Positions 1-12,089 of a DNA stretch of 64,000 nucleotides are shown here, piece after piece. The stretch is from Eledone cirrhosa (lineage: Eukaryota), in contig OZ024741.1 of the NCBI GenBank assembly GCA_964016885.1, positions 180,544,001-180,608,000 on the forward strand. Reading direction: 5' to 3'. Both the position numbers and the translations under genes were made by a program. The notes under the pieces were generated by a model. That model was not told where the DNA came from and did no database searches. It saw only the letters and a list, made by a program, of their open reading frames with translations. The first letter of the stretch is position 1; each line of letters opens with the position of its first letter.

Positions 1-8
1 GCCCCTCG

Positions 9-67
<59 letters not shown>

Positions 68-72
<5 letters not shown>

Positions 73-315
73 GGTGTGGGATGCTTAGCGTCCGTATGCG
101 GTATGCCGTTTGAACACTCGATGCTCTTCAGAGCAGAGTATAATATCACATAAGAAACTCTGCTTCGAAGAATTGAGACGTATATGAGGACCTTGCGATT
201 CCAGAGTCAGGTTCGATCATTGCATCGATCGTGCCTCGAGTTGATCGCCGGAGAAACGATTGTAATATGTCTAATACATTTTAATTCGTCGTACCACTGA
301 TTCTCCGTTTCTTAT

Positions 316-318
<3 letters not shown>
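68..318. mobile_element. PLE pLTR-only remnant: two oppositely oriented pLTR pieces between (TA)n tracts
   Basis: 68-155 is a diverged reverse complement of ~26885-26974; ~172-318 matches the reverse complement of 24109-24250; (AT)n on both sides; contains a degenerate HHR (177-271, core ATGAGGA instead of CTGANGA). Confidence 0.8.
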
Positions 319-356
<38 letters not shown>

Positions 357-361
<5 letters not shown>

Positions 362-495
362 AACAAGTATGACCCCGACGGCAGAGCTTGAGTTCTGCCG
401 TCGGGGTCATACTTGTTCCTATTACCCACTCTACTACCTTAAGTATTGAGTACTTTGGTGCGTTATGGTCCATCTGGTTCCTTACCACATTTCCT

Positions 496-498
<3 letters not shown>
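357..498. mobile_element. Fold-back PLE pLTR fragment (family shared with 13784-13985)
   Basis: 31-bp arms 357-387/392-422 with a TTGA loop; tail 423-498 nearly identical to 13910-13983; embedded in (AT)n. Confidence 0.75.
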
Positions 499-568
<70 letters not shown>

Positions 569-2059
569 GTCGGACTGGATGATGTTTTGTGTCTTTGAGC
601 AAGACAACATCGGTGGCATGGAGAGAGGAGACTGGTATGCATGGTAGACAATTCTGGTTATCTGTCTGTGAGTTGTTTCGTTGGATTTTCTTTTACTCTT
701 TGGTATTTAAGATACGTTCACCTTATGGTTTAAATTAAAATAGTAAGAGATAGACGAAAACGTTAATAAAAATATTTAATCTGTAGGAAATTTTTGATTC
801 TATCAAAAGGCCGCACAGAGTGGTATAGCAGGCCACATGCGCCATTAAGGCCGCAGGTTCCCCATCACTAGTCTTCACCAACCTCCCCTCTTTAGCTTCC
901 TCCATCTTAAAACTTCCCATCTCCTACCTTTTTATTAGTTAAGTATCTTACCTTAGACCTTCCTCACACACCTCCTTCTTCCCCGTCTTGCATACTCACC
1001 CTCACTTCATTATGTAAGTAGCCCTACTCGCTTCTTCCATATCCTTCTCCGGCATACTTCTCCCCCACCCCACATCTCATTATCTAAGTATCTCACATTA
1101 GTCATCTTCCACTCATTTCTTCCATCACTACCCTACCTTGCACATCCAACAACTCCTGCCACCAAGAAAAGACAGTCACACTCCAGCTTGTCCAACACCT
1201 GCTAGCATGGAAAGGCGGCTCCCACCTTCATTCCCCCCTCACCCATGTCAGCATTCAAAGATGGAAGCACTCTCCACCCCATCTAATCCATGCTAACATA
1301 AGAAGCCCGATGTGCCCCACCTTGCACCACGATAAAATGCTTGGGTAGGATTCGGAAATACATCTGACTGCGGAGGCAATGCCAAAACAAAAAGAAAGTG
1401 ATTGAACTAGGCGTGGTCTCCTTTCCGGCCTAGTCTCAGAGCATGACAGCCCATCAGACCGAAGTGGGCGTGGGAAACGCTTAACGATGTACTCCCCCCC
1501 CCCAATTCCCACCTTCCACACTCTCCCTTATACACCTCTCCTGTCCAACCCATACATACATGGAAAGCCAGACGCACTCCACATCTGGTACCCCACTATG
1601 CTGCTGCCATCACAAAAACATCCAGTCCACCATATACGGTGATAGTACTGATGCCACAAAAAAAGTATCACGTCCCTCCACCCCGAAAGGTGCTGGTGCC
1701 ACGACAAAATGTACCCAGCCCACCCCCTAAGGTGTTCATGCTGGTATCATGAAAAAAACATACCAAGTCCGCTCTGTTATGTGGTCGTTTTGGTGTCATG
1801 ATGAAAGACATCCAGTTCACCCCATTAAGTGGTAGTGGTGGTGCCACGGCAAAAAGCTTAGTACACGCTATAATCTGGTTGTGGTTAAAAAGGGCATCCA
1901 GTCGTAGAAACCAAGCCAAAAATAAATCCGTATAAGTAACATGTGTTCATCTGATCTGGCTAGCCATAACGTGACAACCCGTCTAATCCATGCAAGGCTG
2001 AACATTAGATGTTTCGAAACGGGGGAGATGATGATGATGATGTATGAGTGATACCGATA

Positions 2060-2704
2060 CGGCCATCAGATATGATGGTTAGTTGGGATATAAGCGGGCT
2101 CCTGCCGGACAAATAAGCAACAACCCTGGACAAACAGCCGTAAGCTACTAGGAGAGATGGAGCAATGGGCGACACTGTTAGCTCCAAGAAAACTCTCACA
2201 ACCCATTGATGTAGCTGCGACGAGTCGAATAAAGGCTGCCTCTAAAAAAGCCAGTCTTCCTGGTTCTGTGAAACGACTTTTCCAAGGGGTGGGTGGAGAG
2301 ACGTAGCATGAACGCACATATGTTACGTATCCCGAGACCTCAAAGAGAGTCCGAAAGGGAACAAACCTTGACAATTGGTAACTGGAACGTTACAACCATT
2401 AAAGAGCAGGAATTAGTAGAAATGGTCAGATGCTACTGGCTAGATATAGTCGGAGTTTCCTCAACAAAGCTAGCAGGTCCAGTTCGACCTACGGTATAAG
2501 ATGGGTAGCGTTGGCGGGCAAGGTATACGGTTACTATTGCATCCAAATCCAGAGAATTCCTTGAGCAAACCTAGGATGTTGAAACGAAGTGACGCCTGTT
2601 CAGCTCAGTAGTTTCTACTTCCGTTCTTAAACGCTGCAGGCGAAAGCGGCTTGGTGTGTCGCCGGGTTGCAGGAGGACCCCTTGGTTCAAACTAGAGATC
2701 AAAG
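2060..2704 (+). mobile_element. Internally deleted RTE-clade (Expander/Rex3-like) LINE with (TATG)n tail
   Basis: ORF 2293-2499 contains LTIGNWNVTTIKEQELVEMVRCYWLDIVGVSSTK, the N-terminus of an APE endonuclease; followed ~230 bp later by a (TATG)n tract at 2705-2760. Confidence 0.6.
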
Positions 2705-2761
2705 ATGTATGTATGTATGTATGTATGTATGTATGTATGTATGTATGTATGTATGTATGTA

Positions 2762-2960
2762 CACATTTTTGGATGGCCATTGACTCTTATGAGTTCTTCT
2801 GCCCTTTGTCAGGTCTTGTTTTTTGTCCTGCAGGGTGTCCAAAATCACCCTCCTCACCAAGTAAACCTGGTGGATTTGCCGGTTTAGTCGCTGACGACTT
2901 GACCATGCGACAGGTTGTACTGGGTTACATGTTACCAGTAGCACTGAAGAGTGACCCGAT
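2762..2960 (-). mobile_element. 5' fragment of the non-autonomous RTE-derived element at 4523-5127, inverted
   Basis: Reverse complement aligns with 4523-4715 (GTGCTACTGGTAACATGTA...GAGTCAATGGCCATCCAAAA). Confidence 0.8.
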
Positions 2961-2962
2961 AC

Positions 2963-3015
<53 letters not shown>

Positions 3016-3016
<1 letters not shown>

Positions 3017-3206
3017 GTAGGTCCCGGGTTGAGTCGGGGATAACCACAGTAAGTAAGGTACTCAATACATGGCAGAGTAATTTTTTTTATTTTATAGAAG
3101 GAGCTTCTACAGGACTAGTACTGTTTCATTCAGATGAAATCTTCAGGTGCTTCCTGAAGATTTCATCTGAATGAAACAGTACTAGTCCTGTAGAAGCTCC
3201 TTCTAT

Positions 3207-3212
<6 letters not shown>
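3016..3212. mobile_element. Fold-back PLE pLTR element (perfect 60-bp inverted repeat)
   Basis: Arms 3088-3147/3153-3212 are exact reverse complements with a 5-nt loop; one-sided tail 3016-3087; (TA)n on both flanks; same family as 16389-16574. Confidence 0.85.
3149..3197 (+). ncRNA. Type I hammerhead ribozyme motif
   Basis: GCTTC-CTGAAGA-tTTC atct GAAt-GAAA-CAG tactagtc CTG-TA-GAAGC: stems I and III paired, both core boxes present, GUA cleavage triplet; the stem II closing pair is non-canonical (U.U). Confidence 0.7.
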
Positions 3213-3287
<75 letters not shown>

Positions 3288-3309
3288 ATACATATGTATG
3301 TATATGCGC

Positions 3310-3650
3310 TGGGACATAGAAATAATCGGGCTGGATACCCGATCGCGCTGTTAAACCACTGGGAGTGTAGGACCCCTAGCCCTTGTCAGGGTATTCTTCT
3401 AGGAGAAGGCAACTCAGGAAACTGGGATAACTCCGATATAAAACGTGCAGTTGATCTTTTCTTCTTTTCGCGTTATAACTACTGTCGCTCCGCTCAGAGT
3501 GTGGGATTGGCTCTGTGCACAATCTTTCCTCACTTGAAAAAAATCTTTACGCACTAGCATTGTACATAGTATTAATTGATAATTATTAATAATGTTACAT
3601 CGTGCAATGGCCATACTCGATAACGAGAGGGCAGCCATCATGCATGTATG
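3310..3650 (+). mobile_element. Diverged relative of the (TATG)-tailed RTE-derived non-autonomous element
   Basis: Shares GACCCC(T)TAGCC..TGTCA..CTAGGAGAAGG, GTTGA..TTCTTCTTTT, GTGGGA.TGGCT.TGTGCA and the 3' end TACTCGA.AACGAG..GGCAGCCA.CATG with 4034-4436. Confidence 0.65.
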
Positions 3651-3791
3651 TAGCCATATTTCTGCTACGTTGTCGCACCTCTGACATCACAATTTTGTTA
3701 ATTAGTTGTTCAGCCCACCCCCAAATAACTTTCTTTCCAGCTGCTTGTTCATCTGTGATTATGTCATTACTGTTGCAGTGATCTTGGAGAA

Positions 3792-3822
<31 letters not shown>

Positions 3823-3862
3823 TGTATGTATGTATGTATGTATGTATGTATGTATGTATGTA

Positions 3863-3893
<31 letters not shown>

Positions 3894-4033
3894 GTGTATG
3901 TATGTATGTATTTCTGTATGTGTGTATGTATGTATGTATGTATGTATGTATGTATGTATGTATGTATGTATGTATGTATGTGTGTATGTATGTATGTATG
4001 TATGTATGTATGTATGTATGTATGTATGTATGT

Positions 4034-4436
4034 ATGACCCCTTAGCCTTTGTCAAGGCAGAATTCTAGGAGAAGGAAAACTCTGATATAACACCTGCAAC
4101 CCTGATGGTATCCAATGATGTTGACTTGTTCTTCTTTTTGGTAAATATCATCTTGGTTAAGAGAGTGGGACTGGCTTTGTGCAGTGCCTTTGCTCACTAT
4201 AAAAGCTTCACGGCACAGGCATTGCTTTATATCTGGAGATCTCTCTGCACTTGTCGTCACATGGTACCATGGGCCCAGCACTATGTGTCAATAATTGTCA
4301 CAAGTGTAGTGTTTGTACCAGAGTTTTCAAGTCGCTGGCTGGACTAAAAAGCCACACTCGTTCAGCGCATCGGTAGGGGTTCTCCTACATGGATATAAAG
4401 TAGTGGCTGTACTCGAAAACGAGTTGGCAGCCACCA
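4034..4436 (+). mobile_element. 5'-truncated copy of the non-autonomous RTE-derived element
   Basis: Nearly identical to 4728-5127; 4305-4376 encodes CSVCTRVFKSLAGLKSHTRSAHR*, a C2H2 finger like those ending some RTE ORFs; (TATG)n on both sides. Confidence 0.75.
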
Positions 4437-4522
4437 TGTATGTATGTATGTATGTATGTATGTATGTATGTATGTATGTATGTATGTATGTATGTATGTA
4501 TGTATGTATGTATGTATGTATG

Positions 4523-5127
4523 TCAGGTCACCAGTTGGTGCTACTGGTAACATGTATCCCAGTACAACCTATCTCATGGTCGGGTCGTTGGCGACTAAAC
4601 TGGCAACCCCACCAAGGTTTCTTGGTGAGGAGGGTGACTTTGGACATCCTGCAGGACTAAAAACAAAACCTGTCAAAGGGCAAAGGAGCTCTTAAGAGTC
4701 AATGGCCATCCAAAATCACCGGGAGAGATGACCCCTTAGCCTTTGTCAAGGCAGAATTCTAGGAGAAGGAAAACTCTGATATAACACCTGCAACCCTGAT
4801 GGTATCCAATGATGTTGACTTGTTCTTCTTTTTGGTACATATCATCTTGGTTAAGAGAGTGGGACTGGCTTTGTGCAGTGCCTTTGCTCACTATAAAAGC
4901 TTCACGGCACAGGCATTGCTTTGTATCTGGAGATCTCTCTGCACTTGTCACATGTTACCATGGGCCCAGCACTGTGTGTCAATAATTGTCACAGGTGTAG
5001 TGTTTGTACCAGAGTTTTCAAGTCGCTGGCTGGACTAAAAAGTCACACTTGTTCAGCGCATCGGTAGGGGTTCTCCTACATGGATATAAAGTAGTGGCCG
5101 TACTCGAAAACGAGTTGGCAGCCGCCA
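4523..5127 (+). mobile_element. Apparently complete ~600-bp non-autonomous (bipartite) RTE-derived element
   Basis: 5' part shared with 2762-2960, 3' part shared with 4034-4436, terminal zinc-finger remnant, (TATG)n tail from 5128. Confidence 0.7.
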
Positions 5128-5575
5128 TGTATGTATGTATGTATGTATGTATGTATGTATGTATGTATGTATGTATGTATGTATGTATGTATGTATGTAT
5201 GTATGTATGCGTGTATGTATGGTACATTTTTATATAAACACCCGTCTGTAGTTTGGCTCGAAATATTTTTTACTGTTTTTTACTTTTTATTTTTGAGTGC
5301 ATTTTCTGTGGGTATGCTAACCACATTTTCAACGAATCTAACTTCCAAAGTCGTCGGAAATTATTTGTCTTTTAGACATCGGAAGTGGAAGAATATTAAA
5401 AAACAACAACACCATTCAAACTATTTAAATTCCCCTATTTGACACGAAGCCATACTGATACAATTAAAAATGAAAGTGATTTCAAATCGAAAAACAAAAA
5501 CAAAAATAACAAACAACACAAAACAAAGCAAAAAACAAACAAATAAAAACGACCCAATGACACATGTTTGACGTA

Positions 5576-5920
5576 GTGTTAGGATTAGGGTTAGTTAGGA
5601 TTAGGGTTAGTTAGGACCAGGATTAGTTAGGATTAGGGTTAGTTAGGATTAGGGTTAGTTAGGACCAGGATTAGTTAGGATTATGGTTAGTTAGGATTAG
5701 GGTTGGTTGAGATTAGGGTTAGTTAGGATTAGGGTTAATTAGGGTTAGTGTTAGTTAGGATTAGGGTTAGTTAGGATTAGGGTTAGTTGGAATTAGGGTT
5801 AGTGTTAGTTAGGATTAGTGTTAGTGTTAGTTAGGATTAGGGTTAGTTAGGATTAGGGTTGGTTAGGGTTAGGGTTAGTTAGGATCAGGATTAGTTAGGA
5901 TAAGATTATAGGGTTATGGT
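5576..5920 (+). repeat. Interstitial telomere-like minisatellite, main unit TTAGGATTAGGGTTAG (16 bp)
   Basis: Direct reading: repeated TTAGGG, TTAGGA and TTAG variants. Confidence 0.9.
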
Positions 5921-6468
5921 AGTGATTCTCAACGTGGGCAATTTGAATATTTATGGGGTGTAATTTGAAAATGATGTTAATAAGAACAAACTTCAGGTTT
6001 TACGTCAAGGCAACTTTGCTACACATTTCTGTCAGCCGGACTGAACTTAAAACCACGAAGAACCGTCTCATTACTTACTTCCGTCCCACCCTCACCCACT
6101 ATAGCCACTGATCGTTCAACTACTGTTTGTTATAATATCGCAACTACCTTATTCCACCTTCCGTTTGTATAAACACTGTAATAAAGCCCTTGTTTTTTTA
6201 TACTTATAGCACATAGCGCTGCTTAGTACCTGTGATGTGACTCCGTCTGCAACTTTACCTTGCTTTACGTGACACGCCTCTTCTCGCCACATTAGTTTGT
6301 TGTCGCTGGTGTTTTTATGATCTCTCGCCTTTCTAAGTGTCAGCACACACACATACACAAACTCAGATATTACCCAACTACGACATACCCATACTATGGC
6401 ATATGTACACTAATGCACACACGCCCCTCTTATCTGTAGACCTTACACCTAAAATTTAGAACACACAC

Positions 6469-6508
<40 letters not shown>

Positions 6509-6594
6509 TACAAAAATACATACATAATTTAGAATACACACACTCACACACACACATATATACACGAAACTCACACTCATACTCATACACCCAT

Positions 6595-6699
<105 letters not shown>

Positions 6700-6717
6700 C
6701 ATACACACATATATATA

Positions 6718-6828
6718 GTCAAATCCCGCCGAGGTTAACTTTGCCTTTCATCCTTATGGGGTCGATAAAATAAAGTACCAGTAATGTACTGAGTAATTGC
6801 TGGCCTTGTGCCAAAAGTAGAAACAATT
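6718..6828 (+). mobile_element. 3' half of tRNA-derived SINE (octopus OK/OR-like family)
   Basis: TCAAATCCCGCCGAGGTTAACTTTGCCTTTCATCCT..GGGGTCGATAAAATAAAGTACCAGT..GCTGGCCTTGTGCCAAAAGTAGAAAC, repeated many times in the window. Confidence 0.8.
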
Positions 6829-7244
6829 ATGTATATAGTGTATATAAATTGAATATATAAAGATGGGAGAACACCCTATCTATGAGAAGAGTTTGGAATA
6901 TACATGAATTTATTAAAGCATTCCATATTTATTCTAGTTTAATATACATTTATATACATATAGAGACATAGAGAGAGAGAGGCGCATACGCATTTATGCA
7001 TGTTTCTACGTTCGCAATTCTCAACTCCGACGACCCTTCCTCCTTCTTTAGCTTGATCACCCTCTCTCCTACTCTTTAGTATCATTTCTTTACCTCCTCC
7101 TTCTGCTCTTTGTTACCTTTTCTCTTTATCTCTTTCTTTTCCTCTTGCACTCTCTCACTCCTCCTCTATCGTATATCAACGCTTACGATCCACGCTCTCT
7201 CAAATTGTTGAGCTTGGCGCAGTATTTGTATTGTTGTTGTTGGC

Positions 7245-7356
7245 ATGGCTCCTTCATATGACAAGGATACCGCCAAAGGCTACTGGGGGACAGTTACCTC
7301 GACAATCGACTGGTGTGAAGAAAATTATGTCGTAACAGAGTATATTGCAGAATTCT
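7245..7356 (+). CDS. ACER3: Alkaline ceramidase 3-like, first coding exon (partial CDS)
   Basis: Translates [37 protein letters not shown] + T, then a GTAAGT donor at 7357; GYWG..TST.DWCEENY....IAEFW is the ACER3 N-terminal signature; the phase-1 intron splits the expected Trp codon. Too short for the ORF track. Confidence 0.93.
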
Positions 7357-8679
7357 GTAAGTAGTCATTAATTGTAACTGAGGTAAACCACCAGCACCAC
7401 TAGCAACAACAAACAAGCTATAATTGATTGACATGCTCTTTCGTGATGATTAGTAGTAGTAGTAATAATAATAATCGTTTGTTGTTGTTTCTGTTGTACA
7501 TAATAAGTCTAACATATTTTCTTGTGGTGTTTCGAAGATGATATGAGAATGAAGAAGAAGCAAATGATATGTTGTGTTGTTCTTGCATTTAACAAATATA
7601 CAAGTCACATACCTGCAGAGAAAATTGGCTCCGACTCTCGGACTCCGCTTGCCGGAAGTTTGCCTCTTATCGTACTGATTAACGGGTGTAGGTGGTGCAA
7701 ATATAGTAATAATAATTTCTCATATAGACATGGAGATTCAGATATTATTTTGGAGATAAAATAGGTAATTCCTAAAAGTATTTAGTAATGAGCTGAGGGA
7801 AGTAGTGAAACGGATCTGATTGCAGACAAGAAAACTACCTGCCGAGTACCTACCTATGTTACCCGCCTTCTTTAAGGATATTAAAATGATAATGGTGGTG
7901 TTGGTGGTTTATAGGTGGAATAATGATAATGATGTTTGTTATAATAATAATAATAATAGAATTCTACAATAATTCAATCCAGATGCTAGGAGAAGGGATT
8001 GGAAGCTGAAGTAAAGATTGTATTTGTAGATATCGAGTGCAAAGAAACACATTGAGAAATGTCCGGTTACATATACTCGTTTTTCTACTGACACATGAGG
8101 TTTTCTATGTGGGTGCCTGATCTGTAAAGAACAACATCCAATTTTTTAAATTTAAATGACTCCCTGCCCTCTTAGAAAACAAGTGGCGGATACATTGGAC
8201 CATTTCCAAAATAAAAATAGACGGGATGGATGGTCATGGCTGTGTTGCCTTTGACCATAAGTTTTCTCAGGTTTGAACTGGGGTTAAACAAAAACTGACA
8301 TGTCTCAGTCTGCAGTGTATGTTTTTTTTTCCCTCGTGGTTCTCCCGTTCTCGTGCGTATGTTTAAATATGTGTGTATATATACCTATGTATGATATTCA
8401 GCCTCAAATTTCTGCAAACAAATGCACATATCAATTAGTTCAGCATATTTCTTGTATCTTTTTCGCTGTTTCGTGCTAATTATATAGGTGTTGGCGGTGG
8501 TTGAGTGTGTGTGTGTGCGTGTGGGGTATTCATATGTAAACAAACAAATCAGGTCAACTAAATAAAATTGCTCTAACATCATCCAAGAATCCACATGAAT
8601 CATTGTAGGTTTTTCTTCTAGGATTAATTATTGTTATCATTATTACACAAGCAAAATATCTAATATATATATATACACA

Positions 8680-8727
8680 CACGTATATATATGTATATAT
8701 ATATATGTATATATATATATATACGCG

Positions 8728-8759
<32 letters not shown>

Positions 8760-8763
8760 CGCG

Positions 8764-8795
<32 letters not shown>

Positions 8796-8824
8796 CGCGT
8801 ATATATATATGTATATATATACGC

Positions 8825-8862
<38 letters not shown>

Positions 8863-10035
8863 GTATATGTATATATACACGTATATATATATATATATAT
8901 ACACGTATATGTATATATACACGTATATGTATATATACACGTATATATATATATACACGTATATATATATATACACGTATATGTATATATATACACGTAT
9001 ATGTATATATATACACGTATATATATATATATATGTATATATATGTATGTATATAGTATGTATAGGTATATATAGTATATATAGAGGTAATAGTATATGA
9101 GTGTGAGATGTATAGTGAGTAGTCCTAGTAGATATGAGTGTGAATGATACATTACTAGATTATAACACGTAGATATAAATATACACGGTGAGTGATATGG
9201 AGAGTAGTCTCGGGTGTATAGTATGTCTACGTAGATATATGTATATATTATACACGTATCTGGTGGTGGTGTGTGAGTGTACAGGAGAGAGTGGGTGATG
9301 ATATAGTCATCGGTGTGTGATGGTAGAGTGTATAGACACGGTAGAGATGTATTACAGATACACGAATATATGTCTATAACATAGACACGTATATATATGG
9401 ATATACAGAGTCACGGATATATAGTTTGGTAGATACATATACACGTATATATATATGTATATACATATACACGTATATATATGTATATACATATACACGT
9501 ATATATATGTATATACATATACACGTATATATATATGTATATACATATACACGTATATATATATGTATATACATATACACGTATATATATATGTATATAC
9601 ATATACACGTATATATATATGTATATACATATACACGTATATATATATGTATATACATATACACGTATATATATATGTATATACATATACACGTATATAT
9701 ATGTATATACATATACACGTATATATATGTATATACATATACACGTATATATATGTATATACATATACACGTATATATATATGTATATACATATACACGT
9801 ATATATATATGTATATACATATACACGTATATATATGTATATACATATACACGTATATATATGTATATACATATACACGTATATATATGTATATACATAT
9901 ACACGTATATATATGTATATACATATACACGTATATATATGTATATACATATACACCTATATATATGTATATACATATACACCTATATATATGTATATAC
10001 ATATACACCTATATATAGGTATATATATATATAAA
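8680..10035. repeat. AT-rich minisatellite arrays (e.g. CATATACACGTATATATATGTATATA, 26-28 bp) with an irregular central block
   Basis: Direct reading; explains the YI/YT/CI ORFs in all six frames. Confidence 0.9.
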
Positions 10036-11099
10036 TATACACATATATACATGAGTATATAAAACTACCATAAATACATCAATTGCCTTGTTTTATATCG
10101 TATAGTCAATTACAAGGCAGCGATGCTATGATTATAAACAGAAGATAGCATCTAGGTAGATATATATGATGCATTTTGAATGTTTGTAAAGAAAAACAAC
10201 GCCCGACTACTGTCAAAAACCAGGGACATCAACACAGACATTCTATAAATATACAAATAAATATTTAAGAATCACATAATGTGATGTCTCTTGATCCATC
10301 AAATATCTCTCTACCCAACATCATAGTTCGTTGCTGTTTTCATTCATCCCTTAGTTTTTATTACTTCCTTCGTTCCTTGCATTTCTATCGTCAGTGTGTT
10401 TATTCCCTCTCTCATAGTATATGATATACATACATGCTAGAATCGGTAACCAGAAACTCCAATAAGCGACTCGCGAAACCTCATTTTAAAATAAATATTA
10501 TTGTATTACGATATTGAATATTTCTTCACTGCTTTACAGTTCATCTTAGGGTTAGCCAATAAAATCTCACACACGCATACACACACACATGTATAGGTAT
10601 GTGTTCGTTTTTTTGTAAGGTATTGCGTTAGTAACTGAAAGGAGCCACAAAGTAAGGTACTCAATATACTCAATACATCTAGTAGTGTTTATTTCTCCCC
10701 CCCCCCTCTCTCTACTATGTTTTAATTTGTTTCTCTTCCTATGTTCCTCTCTTATCTTTTTGTTACCCTCTCTTACTATGTTTCGTTCTCTTCTTTCCAT
10801 GTTTTACTTTCTGATGAAGGTGTAGCGTCTAAAACGTTGAGATGTTTGCCCTACTAAGAAAGCGGCATGGGTGGTTCCTTATCCTAGCAAAATCCAAACT
10901 GCATCTTAGCCTGCAGAGAGTGTCTGTCATGATCTCTGATCAGTGGTTCTCACTCTGGTGAGGATCAGCCTTGGGATCAATTAATCCAAGTAGGAGGTCG
11001 TAAACGTCAATTATGACGTAGAGGGCTTTGCGGCCTTCACCTCGGATGTGCGATCATTACTCCATTAGGTGTAGGTGACTTCTAAAGAAAACTTCCTCA

Positions 11100-11970
11100 T
11101 CCTCAGTTAACTGATCCTTTTGCCTACCATTCACTCTACTCTCTTCTCCAAGCTTTGCCAGCTAAAAACTCTGACAAGCCAACTGAACCTGCCCTACACT
11201 CTTTCTCTTAAGGAACTGCTTCACCATGCCAAAGCTCCTATACACTTTCTGTAGTGCCTCTTGATACAGCCAAGTTTCTCCCCTCACAGATCTCAATGCC
11301 TGCATTTGATGGGCTGCTGAGGAGATATGCAATGTTTGGTTTAATGACACCAGATGACAATAGGCCACCTTACTCGTCAGACATGGCAGACTCTGTTTGC
11401 AGTCTCCAGTCTCATTCGCCCTGCTGGCTTTTCTTTCCTTGGTGATCTCTCGCCTTGTGTTCATCAACAGGGTTTTACCCAAGACAACTGAACCTACTAA
11501 GATCGGGGAATGCGAGGCAGCCTATGTGACATGGAACCAGCTCAGCCTCCGCCCTGTGGATGTCCATCCCTCTGTCTCCCTTGTAGACGTCCACAAGCCC
11601 CCAAAAACAAATGGGACGCCATCGAGTGCAGCATGACCTCAGACAGGCTGGTGTGCTGGCTCAACCAACAGCATCTGGCATGTTTTCATTCAGCCTCCCA
11701 ACCCCACAGTGGCGCCTGGCTCGGTGTAGTACCATCACTTTTAATGGCACTCAGTTGGACAGTGACTACTTGCACATCGGTGTTTCCCTGAGGCATGGCC
11801 TCCAGATCTGTGAACCTCACAAATGCCGCTGTAGATTTTTTCAGTCTTCATCCACCGTCATGTGGCTGATCCCTATACTATGCTGCTCTCAATGAGATCA
11901 TAAAGCATGGCTTGGACAGCACAGGCTTCCTTTCCCAGCTCATGCCAGTGGGGATGGAAAGTTTGCAATG
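11100..11970 (+). mobile_element. Degenerate CRE-clade non-LTR retrotransposon fragment
   Basis: Frameshifted peptides LACFHSASQPHSGAWLGVVPS and GTQLDSDYLHIGVSLRHGLQICEPHKCRC resemble the SGAWL..P / LRLG..CEPH.C.C region of CRE elements. Confidence 0.65.
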
Positions 11971-12089
11971 GACTGGCATCCTGTCCAGAGAAGAGTCATG
12001 TACTCTCCTTTAATAATAATGAAACTGAGATAAGCTCTAACTTGATGAGCCTTTGGGCTTCAGACAAACTTATATCTTAAGCTAATTCC

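Noticed and set aside
2880-2950. CTGACGA and CTGAAGA strings resembling hammerhead cores
   Set aside because: No downstream GAAA box or pairing stems; they lie in the antisense of an RTE 5' region
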